From a virus: a DNA stretch of 64,000 nt. How positions within the stretch are numbered: position 1 is the stretch's first letter; each line of letters starts with the position of its first letter. Position numbers and translations under genes: made by a program. A model generated the notes under the pieces. It was given only the letters and a program-made list of their open reading frames with translations, did no database searches and was not told the origin of the DNA. This document shows positions 26,621-35,685 of the stretch, in pieces. The stretch lies in IMG/VR virus record IMGVR_UViG_3300021961_000068, positions 1 through 64,000 of that record. One strand, given 5' to 3'.

Positions 26621-28303
26621 TTATTTTGCGTGATATCGTTTTACGACTTGTGGGCAACATTTTTCGGCGTACTTGACTCCGTATTCGCCGTCGTCAAATC
26701 CTGCCCATTTTTTGGTTGTTTTTCGGTTCCGCCAAGGGTGGTCTAATGGGAGCAGGTCATTATCATCAAAATATTTGACATCTTTAGGTTTGTCTGACAT
26801 CAATAGTGATAAGAACTTGGAAATGCGCTTATTTGCTGAGGCTTTGTCACCATCTTGAAGACCTCGTAGGTATACATTTTTGAGGTCTCGCAGGTTAGCC
26901 CGCTGTGCAGGCTTGGCTTTAGCGTTGTGTTGACGCACACGGACAGCAAGATTGTTGATATCGGTGCTTGTGACTGTCGGCGGTTTCTTGCGGGCTTTGG
27001 GTACGCCTTTGAATAAAAACAAGCCTTCACCTAGTTTTTCGGCAGGCTGGTCAAGTGATTTTTTTTCTTGGTTTTTAACAATAACAAACCCAGACAGTTC
27101 CCCTTTTTCATTGGTTGACGTTTCAATGAGTACTTCGTACCCTTTGTCCTTAAGCGTCTTTGCGTAGTTTTCTAATGTTGTTTGTAACATTCTTGTGGCT
27201 TTTTCAAAGTTTGCTTTTCTTTGATCATCAGAAAGACCGATCAAGCCCACATTTCGGTAAACACCCATTGGAACTGTGTGTTCAATTTCAAAATCGCCAT
27301 TTTCTAATTTTCTAGATCGCCAACCAGCCGTCGTTGATCCATAACCACGAACCATAGCCCCACCCCTGTAGCCTGCCTTGCGATAATTACGATCATTTAG
27401 TGCTCGGGCAATTCCTACCTGTGTTGGATTTCTGAACTTTTCCTTTATGATTTTTGGGACTACTGGTATTTTGTCTTTCCCGCCAACAATTCCACCAGTT
27501 GTGAACCCATCCCCGTCGCCGTCCACGAGTTCGTCACTAGGTTTTACTCCGATCGGCGTACCAAGAACCTTTTTCCTGAATTTTGAACCTCGTCGTCTTG
27601 GATTGTTCCTAGGGCTGTTATCCCCTCGGATACCTGTGCGACGGTTGTAGTCAGACACGTTTGTGCAGGGCATCCAAACAAGTTTTCCATCTCGTGCCGT
27701 GTAACGGCGAATACCAATACACCCAAGATTCCTTGAACGGATACGGGCAGACTCAGGGTTACTGAAAGTATCAGGGTCGGTTGAACGGCTAACAAAGTTA
27801 ACGAAACCTTTTTCCTCTACATCATCTTCAGCGTCTTTCCCCGAGAAAGAACCAGTGACCAACCCACCACCCGGTAAGGTCGCAATACCTGTAATAGGTT
27901 TCTCATCAAGTTTTTCCCAACCTTTACGGGGTTTATGGTCGCAAGGCGTGTAATACCTTTTCCCCGCAAGGATCACAGTGCGGACACCTCCGCAACCACG
28001 CGCCTTAGAAATAGATAGAGCGTCAGCACGGCTTTCGTAATACGCATCAGATTTTGTTTCCAAACGCTTAGTGCGTTGAACCATCTTAGGCAAAGGTTTC
28101 TTTTTCTTTGAAGCAAGGGCTTTCAGATATTCTTCTTTGCCTTTTTTGATCGCCTCATACTCTTCATACGACCCGCACGGCATCCAATTGCCGTCTTCTC
28201 CTTCATGCGCACCACTACACCCGAGTTGACGGGCAACACGCATCGCCTGCTCTCTTGTGACCTTTGGTTTCTCTGCTTTAACAGAGAAAGGGATTGATTC
28301 CAC
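26621..28303 (-). CDS. Multi-module head-associated protein with three GCxG...(W)MPC repeats
   Basis: Three DUF3721-like repeats, a DGDGDG motif, and a C-terminal VYLRG...DDNDLLPLDHP module. Confidence 0.7.
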   Translation of the reverse strand: MESIPFSVKAEKPKVTREQAMRVARQLGCSGAHEGEDGNWMPCGSYEEYEAIKKGKEEYLKALASKKKKPLPKMVQRTKRLETKSDAYYESRADALSISKARGCGGVRTVILAGKRYYTPCDHKPRKGWEKLDEKPITGIATLPGGGLVTGSFSGKDAEDDVEEKGFVNFVSRSTDPDTFSNPESARIRSRNLGCIGIRRYTARDGKLVWMPCTNVSDYNRRTGIRGDNSPRNNPRRRGSKFRKKVLGTPIGVKPSDELVDGDGDGFTTGGIVGGKDKIPVVPKIIKEKFRNPTQVGIARALNDRNYRKAGYRGGAMVRGYGSTTAGWRSRKLENGDFEIEHTVPMGVYRNVGLIGLSDDQRKANFEKATRMLQTTLENYAKTLKDKGYEVLIETSTNEKGELSGFVIVKNQEKKSLDQPAEKLGEGLFLFKGVPKARKKPPTVTSTDINNLAVRVRQHNAKAKPAQRANLRDLKNVYLRGLQDGDKASANKRISKFLSLLMSDKPKDVKYFDDNDLLPLDHPWRNRKTTKKWAGFDDGEYGVKYAEKCCPQVVKRYHAK

Positions 28304-28306
28304 GGT

Positions 28307-28570
28307 TTAACCTTTTTTGCGTTTACGTTGTGATGTTTCTGTTTCTGTTTCTATAGATGTTGCTCCAGCGAACTTTGGGAACAATTCATCAACTCGTTCA
28401 GGGTTTTCTGTCAAAAAATAAACCATCTCATCTAATGCGTTTTCGTCTTTAGGATTTTCATTAGCGTAATGGAATCCAATTGTGAGTATTCGGCTACGAG
28501 TTTTTTCGTCTTTGATTTTTTCAAATAATGACATCCGTATTTCGGTTCGTTGTTCTTCTGTAATTTTCAT
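28307..28570 (-). CDS. Small protein, candidate immunity/partner of the GNAT effector
   Basis: 87 aa; start overlaps the stop of 28570..32580. Confidence 0.6.
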   Translation of the reverse strand: MKITEEQRTEIRMSLFEKIKDEKTRSRILTIGFHYANENPKDENALDEMVYFLTENPERVDELFPKFAGATSIETETETSQRKRKKG

Positions 28571-31500
28571 TATCGTATGTTCCCGTCTGTTGGAGCCCGC
28601 AGACTTCTTGGTGTTACATCTGAATTTACTGGAATACGTGGTCGTCTTGTACGAGTCACCCTAGGAGTAGGGGCAACTGCTTGCCCTCGTCTTCTACTAC
28701 CTATTCTTTGTTCAGCAAAACTTAAAAAACCATGACCACCCTTCGCGTTTTGTTTGAACCAGTTTTTTATTTGGTTTTCTCTTCTATTACTACCAACACC
28801 GCTACCGCCCGGCAGTGAACGAGATTGGCTAACAGCAAAAATAAATTCTTGGTGTGTCCCTGGTGGTCGTTTCTCAACTAGGTATTTTAGTCTCCAATAT
28901 TCTTCCGGCGAAGAAATTAGTGGTGAATATCCAAATTTTGCATACTTGTCAAGTTCGGATTGAAATCTGCCAACATTTAGCGGATTGTCGGGTTTGAATC
29001 CAACTTTAGCCCAAACAAACTCACCGTCATCTGCTGGTCCAACCTCTGCTGTGGTCACACCTATTTTTTGCAAGAAATGGAAAGCATGTTGATTATAAAG
29101 TGTTGCTATACCTGCTCCCTTGTCAGTTTCACCTCGTCTGTTAATAAATAAACGACTCTGATACACCTTGTTTGAACCTAATTGAATGCTTCTGACTGAT
29201 TCACCAATATCGGCAGCAATAATATTGCCATTGCTGTCTATCTCATGAAAACGAATACCTATGGTGTAATTAGGTCCAGCACCAGAAACATCAGCCTCCG
29301 ATTTATATGTGCGACCATTTTGTCCTTTTATTGGACCAATTGAATATGCTTCTTTGAGGTACGTTTTTTTATCTGTGCGGCTTAAAGCAGCCCATTTTTG
29401 GGGAGTCATATCGGCGTATGGTTCGTTCGCTGATCCATACTTTTCGTCTAAATAATTAAACAAAACGTCTTGTCGTTTTTCAATCTGCGCAGAAATTTTG
29501 GCTTGTATTTGGTCGCCAACAGGTCCCATTGCTTGACGTCTTTGAGAAACTTCGGGGTCGTTTAAATTCATGAACTCGTCACCTGGATTATTGGATGTTG
29601 CTCTATGTATCAACGCAGAATCAGCATCCCAGTTATCAACGACAAGTTGTAATTGACCGACCTGTGTTAACTGTTTATACAGTTCGGTATTTTTGTATAC
29701 TTGTTCCTTGACTTGCAGAGCAACAATTTGACGGTCTGCCAATAATGTGTTTAATCTTTCTTTTGTGCTTGCAAGAAGTGTTTCCGCATCCTCTTTAGTG
29801 CGAAGTGAGCCATTTGGGTCAATATATCCCCTAAGTCTTGCTTCTCTTTCTTTTCTCGCATCTCTAACACTTAATGTTTGAATTTTAGCAATTGCATTAC
29901 CGTGCTCAGCAGACAACGAGTCTTCAATTGATTTAACTATCAAATTCCATTGAGTTTTGGATGCTGCTCGTCTTACTTCAATTTCTTGTTCATCAATTGC
30001 ATCTAAGACTTTTTGTGCGTTTCCACCAGCGGTAACTTTTGCTACAGCATTATCAAAAACGGGAGCCATATTTCTTACTTGCGCAAAATTAATTGGCTGT
30101 ACAGGACCTGCTAACTGTGCCTGTCGTAATGCTTCTGCTTGTTCTCGGGCTATTCTTTCTGCCTCAAGAACCGCCACTGCTTCTTTTCTTGTTTCAAGAT
30201 TTTCTAGTCTTTGTTCTAGGTTGGATACATTGCCTAGGTTGGCGATTATTCTGTTTAATCTCTGTTCATTTGCGTTTCGCCCACTAGCATCGTCCGCTTC
30301 ACGATTGCTTATCAATGCAGTTAATTCTGTCATAGCCGCTCGCAAAGCCGTTTCGCGTTCTCTTTTTCTTTCAGCAATAGTTGAATTTACTGAATCTAGA
30401 CTCATGCCATTTACAGTACTTAGACGACCCCGAGCATCGCTTTCCGCATTTTGTTTTGCAGCCACCGCCGCCCGTTCAAGTCGTTGCAATACTTGCGTTC
30501 TCTCTGCTTCGGGGAAAACTTCAGCAAAATCTGTTATGAGGTCATTAACTTTTTGCTCTAAATCTTGTCTACGTGCTTGTCCATCTGGGGTATTGATTGC
30601 GTTTTGTATTGCTGCGCTAAGTCTTGATACTGGGGCGGTTCTAGCAAATGCCGCTTGCGTGTTTGGTGCCGCAGGTGCAGGGTCAGGCGCAGGCGCATCA
30701 TTGCGATTAAGAACATTTTGCTTGTGCCAAGCAATTGCATCTTCGCGGTTGGTAAACCCTTGTTTATCTTGCGCAGGTCGACCATGGATAACAAACCATG
30801 TATTGGTAACAGCCTGCTGGTCAATGATGTCGCCGTTTTCGTGCGTAATAATGGTGCCAGGTCCTTGATTCCACCCTTGTGGTAAAGCATTTTGTGCCCC
30901 ACGATCAGGTGCTTGAGGTGCCGCGGGTGTCGGGTCGGGCGTAGGTGCTTGAGGTGCCGCGTCTGGTCTCGGTGACTGTGCTTCGGCTGCTGGTGGTGGA
31001 TTATTTTCAGGTCGTCTTGTTGCAGTTCTTTCTGCTTGCCGTTCCGATGCACGACGACGATTATTTCTATTATTGGTTCTGTTGCCCTGAGCAACCTGTT
31101 CTCGTCTTTGAATTTCCGCTAATACTCGTTGATATTCGGGATTTTCTTTATCAAAATCTGGGTCTGCTTCCATTTCTCTTCGCATACCTTGGAGAACTTC
31201 ATCTGATTCTGGTGCCAACAAATTTACATTTTGTCTTTCGTTTGCATTTGGTCGGCGTCTTTGAGGGCGAGCAGGAATATTTCTTGGTGCGCGTTCATCC
31301 GTGCGAGGGGCGCCGGGTTCAATAATTTCTCGTTCCATTCTCCGTTGTTCAGATTCACGAAGATTAGGTCGTCGCCTTTGACGGGCAGGACGAGCCTGCG
31401 GCGCTGGTGGTTCAAAATCTTGTGGTGCGCTACGACCGTGAGCATCTTTCCAAGCGTCACGAAGATTTTCTTTATTGATTGCGTACCATTCTCGGCGTGT

Positions 31501-32580
31501 CAACATTCCTGCGTTGCCTCCACCTTCACGGATTTCGCGGACACGCTGTGCGTACTCATCGTATTTTCGTAATACGTAAGGTTTGAAGTCTTCTGTTTCT
31601 CCTGCGTCTGATGCGTCTCGTGCTGTGAGTACATCAACATTTTCAGGTTGTGGTGCAACTTGTGGGCGTGGTCGTCGTGCGGGTCTTGGAGTTGGTTCTG
31701 TTTCTGGTGTTACATCTTGTCTTGGAAGTTCAGGAACTTCCCGAGTTAGGGTTGCAGGACGAGCCCGTGGTCTATCCCTATTAATTCTTCGGTTAATAAC
31801 ACCGGCTAAGCCTTCGTTATTTACTCTTTCTAACAAATTCCCTCTTTGTTGAGGTTCTCCTCCCTCAAGACGCTCGGCAACGTTTCGTAGACCGCCTTCA
31901 ATGCGACCCGGCTCGGCGACCCCACTTAACCTTCTGATCATTCGTGCGTTGCGACGGTCAAGGCGACGTTTCCGTTTGTCATCATCTCGTTGCTCTAGTC
32001 GTTCACCGATGTCGGCGATTTGGTTTGCGATTCGTCGCGCTACTCCCCATCCACAAGATCTGCCGAATCTGTCAGTAATCTGTCCGCCGTAGCGTGTCCC
32101 CACAGGGCATCGCCAGCCACCTCTACGGTTCGTTCCAGGAATAGACAAACCTGGATCCCAAAGAGCACGAACTCTTTTAACTTCGTAGTTGAAAGTTGTT
32201 TTTTGTTGTTCACTAATAAATGTGGCGGCTTTATAAGAAATAACGTTTTCAAATTCATATTCAGAAAATATTTTAATTGGTGCATCAGAAACAGACATAA
32301 TAGGAAGATAGTCCCTGTAAATAAAGTCCGATTTGCTTCCACTTTTCAACGCCGAGGGAACTGCCGATTGAGGCATCGGACCTTGCACTGTCATTCCCGA
32401 ATCTAAGGCAGCAGTTAATTCGGTTTTATTTATTTGAGATTTACTGTATTCTTCACTAAATGCTTTGGCAATGTTTTTAGCGTCATTGGAAAGAGGTTTA
32501 AAAGTGCTTCCTTCAGCGGATGACATAACAAGCATGAATGGCTTGCCGTTTCGTGTTTTGATAACAAACGAGGTTTTCAT
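28570..32580 (-). CDS. 1336-aa protein: conserved RCP motif domain, Pro/Arg linker, coiled coil, C-terminal GNAT acetyltransferase
   Basis: GGWRCPVGTRYGGQITDRFGRSCG; C-terminal DKGAGIAT (motif A) and GEFVWAKVGF (motif B). Confidence 0.75.
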   Translation of the reverse strand: MKTSFVIKTRNGKPFMLVMSSAEGSTFKPLSNDAKNIAKAFSEEYSKSQINKTELTAALDSGMTVQGPMPQSAVPSALKSGSKSDFIYRDYLPIMSVSDAPIKIFSEYEFENVISYKAATFISEQQKTTFNYEVKRVRALWDPGLSIPGTNRRGGWRCPVGTRYGGQITDRFGRSCGWGVARRIANQIADIGERLEQRDDDKRKRRLDRRNARMIRRLSGVAEPGRIEGGLRNVAERLEGGEPQQRGNLLERVNNEGLAGVINRRINRDRPRARPATLTREVPELPRQDVTPETEPTPRPARRPRPQVAPQPENVDVLTARDASDAGETEDFKPYVLRKYDEYAQRVREIREGGGNAGMLTRREWYAINKENLRDAWKDAHGRSAPQDFEPPAPQARPARQRRRPNLRESEQRRMEREIIEPGAPRTDERAPRNIPARPQRRRPNANERQNVNLLAPESDEVLQGMRREMEADPDFDKENPEYQRVLAEIQRREQVAQGNRTNNRNNRRRASERQAERTATRRPENNPPPAAEAQSPRPDAAPQAPTPDPTPAAPQAPDRGAQNALPQGWNQGPGTIITHENGDIIDQQAVTNTWFVIHGRPAQDKQGFTNREDAIAWHKQNVLNRNDAPAPDPAPAAPNTQAAFARTAPVSRLSAAIQNAINTPDGQARRQDLEQKVNDLITDFAEVFPEAERTQVLQRLERAAVAAKQNAESDARGRLSTVNGMSLDSVNSTIAERKRERETALRAAMTELTALISNREADDASGRNANEQRLNRIIANLGNVSNLEQRLENLETRKEAVAVLEAERIAREQAEALRQAQLAGPVQPINFAQVRNMAPVFDNAVAKVTAGGNAQKVLDAIDEQEIEVRRAASKTQWNLIVKSIEDSLSAEHGNAIAKIQTLSVRDARKEREARLRGYIDPNGSLRTKEDAETLLASTKERLNTLLADRQIVALQVKEQVYKNTELYKQLTQVGQLQLVVDNWDADSALIHRATSNNPGDEFMNLNDPEVSQRRQAMGPVGDQIQAKISAQIEKRQDVLFNYLDEKYGSANEPYADMTPQKWAALSRTDKKTYLKEAYSIGPIKGQNGRTYKSEADVSGAGPNYTIGIRFHEIDSNGNIIAADIGESVRSIQLGSNKVYQSRLFINRRGETDKGAGIATLYNQHAFHFLQKIGVTTAEVGPADDGEFVWAKVGFKPDNPLNVGRFQSELDKYAKFGYSPLISSPEEYWRLKYLVEKRPPGTHQEFIFAVSQSRSLPGGSGVGSNRRENQIKNWFKQNAKGGHGFLSFAEQRIGSRRRGQAVAPTPRVTRTRRPRIPVNSDVTPRSLRAPTDGNIR

Positions 32581-32681
32581 TTAGGTCTTTCTTCTTGATA
32601 TATCCCTAGAAACGAGGGAGAGAATACCTTAAAATGGTATCACTATTATGTAAACCCAAAAGAGCAGTATAGGCACCGCCA

Positions 32682-32972
32682 CTAATTATTCAGGCTGTAA
32701 CCCATTTCCTGGATTAACCCATCAATCTTAATTTTTGCTTTACCGCTATATTCACCGCTTTCGCAGTCGTAATACGAAAAGCCAGATGTGACGTCTTCAA
32801 ATCCTGCCATTTCAGGACTTTCTTTAGCCACATCTTTATACCAATTAGCAAAAAATTCGTCTTCTTCTTTGTCGTCAGAGTATCTAACTACCCCATCTTC
32901 TTTTTCAATAAAAATAATAGGGTTAAGGTTTGGAACAGCAATTCCTGTCAACCTGAAAATTTTATATCGCAT
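32682..32972 (-). CDS. Small acidic protein, candidate immunity/partner of the kinase effector
   Basis: 96 aa, begins 10 nt after the kinase gene stop. Confidence 0.6.
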   Translation of the reverse strand: MRYKIFRLTGIAVPNLNPIIFIEKEDGVVRYSDDKEEDEFFANWYKDVAKESPEMAGFEDVTSGFSYYDCESGEYSGKAKIKIDGLIQEMGYSLNN

Positions 32973-32982
32973 ATATACTTGA

Positions 32983-35685
32983 CTATATCACAGGTGCGAG
33001 CATCGCATCAACTATTTGTTCTGGAGTCTGCGACAACACCCAGTCTATTCTTTGTTGAGTAAATGAAATTTTGCGTGGTTCACTCGCTCGCGCACCTGAC
33101 GCTCCAGTAACAGGCGGTACTTGTGGGTTTTGACCAGCGGCATCAATAACATTTTGACCAAACTCAGCGAATCTTTTTTGTGCTTCAGCCTCGCGCAAAA
33201 GTTGTTGCGATTTTCTCGCTTCTTCAATCATTGCTGTTCTAGTCCTGCCAGCATCACGACCAGTTTCGGAGTCATGTTTAGTTCTCAAAGACCCAATTAA
33301 TTTGTTTCTTCTACCTCCGTAGGAACTCTTTAACCACTTTTTAAAACCTGTTTCGTCCGCATAAGACAAATCACGGTCAAATTCTCTAGCCGCAAAACCA
33401 AGAGACGGGTCATACGGAATAACATGGTCTTGACCATTGGCATCCCTTTGGACAAAAAAGTTACCACCGTGTCTATCTGTGTTTAGAATCAAAAAATCTA
33501 ACATTGTCAAACGAATTTTTTCGTTTAACGGGATTGAATTTTCGTACCCATTTCTTTGTGGTGGGGCTACTGTGCCGTCAATGTAGTTTTCTGCATGTTC
33601 AAACAAAATTGGTCTACCTTGACCATGTCTGTCTCTGTACACAGGTCCAGCAAATCTAAATTCGCCTACCGGGTATCCAAGTCGTCCTTGAATTTCGTTT
33701 CCTAAAATCTCATTAACATCTTCATTATTCCTATATCTTGTTCCGTCATATTTTATAAGTAGTGTTTTACCAGTATTTGCGTCTTTGTATTGCTGTATTT
33801 GACCATTACTGTTTCGCCCCAGATCACCTAATGGTTTTAATTTGATAAAACGTTTAGACGCATCAACTGGTCCGCCCGGCTGACCGGGTCTGCCTACGCG
33901 TATTGTCGTTGAGTTTTTCTTGATTGCTTCATACACAAACTCATCGGGGACATCTGCTAAATCGCCACCATTGTTGACATGTGCTACCGCATCTTGCTTA
34001 GTGTTGATGCTTTTGTTCCCTATATCAACTCTTTTACCTGTCCCTAAACCGTTAAAATCTCTTGGGGCAAGTTTGTTATCGTTTTCTTTTGCTTTAGCCA
34101 GGTCTGAATCCACTGTTCTTGGGGCTGGACGACCATCGTTATCGTTTCCTCTTTGTTGTTGCCTATTTGTCTCTCTTGGTCTTCTTGGTGCTCTTGGTGC
34201 TCTTGGAGCAGGTGGAGCAGGTGGAGCAGGTGGTTCTGATCGTGCAGGGGCAGGTTCCTGTGTAATTATGGCTCCGTCTAAGTCCCTTGTTCTTGTATCT
34301 TGTAAATTCCCAATACGATTACGTAGCGCATCCCTTCTTCTTTGTTCTTCTCGAACAATTGCGTCTCTTGCACCGTTTCGCTCCATTTGGTCAAGATTGC
34401 GTTCTGCTTCTGATACAAGTTTGCGTAGTTCAGCAATTTGTCTTTGGCGCTCAACTTCGTCTGATGGCATGCGAGCGTTTACAGCATTTTCCGCATTATC
34501 CGCTCTCTGTCTAGCGTCTTCAATTGCTGCTTCAGCCATTGCTTCACGGTTTTGTCGTAATTCTTCTGAACGAGCAGCATTATCGCTGTTTCCGGGTTGC
34601 CGTGGCGGTTGAGGAGGTTGACTTCTTGGTTGGGCTGGCGTATTAGTCTCTTTTTTAATTTTTCGGTTTACATAATCGCCTCGTGCGTTACGTTGATTGT
34701 TATCGTCGTAGTAGCGACCAAATCTACGTTCAAGTTCCGCCTTGTCGTCTCCTTGATATGCGTCTTCGCGCCAGTAAGCGGTATCTGGAAGTCCTCTTTC
34801 ACGAAAACGATTACGCACATTTCTTTGTGACCGAGTATCAGGAAGACTCCCACCTAGGTCTGGTGCGTTAAAATCAGGATCTGGTTCTACAACTAATGGC
34901 TGTGGAGGCGCTGATGGTGGCTTTCGTTGTGGAACCGCTGTAGGTACGGGCTTAGCGCCGTCAACGAAATCTGCTTCAGGTTTTCTGCGTGCGGTTCTCC
35001 TTGCACCCTGTTGTGTGGCGGCTCTGCGTCGCCCTCTTGGTCTATTAGGTTTTGGTGGTTCACCTGTACGAGGTGCACCGGGTTCTACGATTTCTCGTTC
35101 CATTCGTCTTTGTTCTGATTCACGAAGATTTCCGCGACGACGTCTTGCAGGTTTTCGTCCACGTTGTTCTCGTTCTACAAGTTCCACAATTTGGTCTGTA
35201 TTAATTTGTGGTGACGGTCTACCTCTTCTGCGTTGTGGACGAGGTGAAACTGAATCAATATCAGCAACTGGGAGTTGAGGTGGTTGCTCGCCGTCAAGTG
35301 CTTCAGCAACACCTCTTGCGCCACGCTCAAGAAAACCGGGTTTCTGCTGACGAGACAAAAGCCTTTGCATACGAGCATTCCGTTTAGCGATACGGTTATT
35401 TCGTTTGCGGTCATCAATATTCTCTAAACGCTCACCAATGTCGGCAATTTGATTAGCAATACGCCTAGCAACACCCCAACCACACGAACGACCAAACCTG
35501 TCAGTTATTTGACCGCCGTAACGAGTACCGACAGGACAACGCCAACCACCACGGCGGTTAGTGCCGGGGATGGAAAGACTTGGATCCCATAAAGCACGGA
35601 CACCTTTTACTTCGTAGTTGAAAGTGCTTGCTGTTTGTTCTGAGATGAAAGTCAAAGCCTTGAAGTTGACTTCATTTTTCTGCAT
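32983..35685 (-). CDS. 900-aa protein: conserved RCP motif domain, Pro/Arg linker, C-terminal HipA/PI3-4-kinase-like domain
   Basis: Same N-terminal motif as 28570..32580; LLIKY...NEILG...DFLILNTDRHGGNF...IPYDPSLGF. Confidence 0.8.
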   Translation of the reverse strand: MQKNEVNFKALTFISEQTASTFNYEVKGVRALWDPSLSIPGTNRRGGWRCPVGTRYGGQITDRFGRSCGWGVARRIANQIADIGERLENIDDRKRNNRIAKRNARMQRLLSRQQKPGFLERGARGVAEALDGEQPPQLPVADIDSVSPRPQRRRGRPSPQINTDQIVELVEREQRGRKPARRRRGNLRESEQRRMEREIVEPGAPRTGEPPKPNRPRGRRRAATQQGARRTARRKPEADFVDGAKPVPTAVPQRKPPSAPPQPLVVEPDPDFNAPDLGGSLPDTRSQRNVRNRFRERGLPDTAYWREDAYQGDDKAELERRFGRYYDDNNQRNARGDYVNRKIKKETNTPAQPRSQPPQPPRQPGNSDNAARSEELRQNREAMAEAAIEDARQRADNAENAVNARMPSDEVERQRQIAELRKLVSEAERNLDQMERNGARDAIVREEQRRRDALRNRIGNLQDTRTRDLDGAIITQEPAPARSEPPAPPAPPAPRAPRAPRRPRETNRQQQRGNDNDGRPAPRTVDSDLAKAKENDNKLAPRDFNGLGTGKRVDIGNKSINTKQDAVAHVNNGGDLADVPDEFVYEAIKKNSTTIRVGRPGQPGGPVDASKRFIKLKPLGDLGRNSNGQIQQYKDANTGKTLLIKYDGTRYRNNEDVNEILGNEIQGRLGYPVGEFRFAGPVYRDRHGQGRPILFEHAENYIDGTVAPPQRNGYENSIPLNEKIRLTMLDFLILNTDRHGGNFFVQRDANGQDHVIPYDPSLGFAAREFDRDLSYADETGFKKWLKSSYGGRRNKLIGSLRTKHDSETGRDAGRTRTAMIEEARKSQQLLREAEAQKRFAEFGQNVIDAAGQNPQVPPVTGASGARASEPRKISFTQQRIDWVLSQTPEQIVDAMLAPVI

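Noticed and set aside
34170-34240. 9-bp coding repeats (PPA/PRA)n; also the duplicated PQAP at 30905-30960 and GGC runs at 58355-58450
   Set aside because: Low-complexity linker expansions within proteins; no sign of an independent element.
31960-35660. Diversity-generating retroelement or invertible cassette explaining the duplicated N-termini
   Set aside because: The copies differ mainly at synonymous positions rather than specifically at adenines; no reverse transcriptase or site-specific recombinase in the window.
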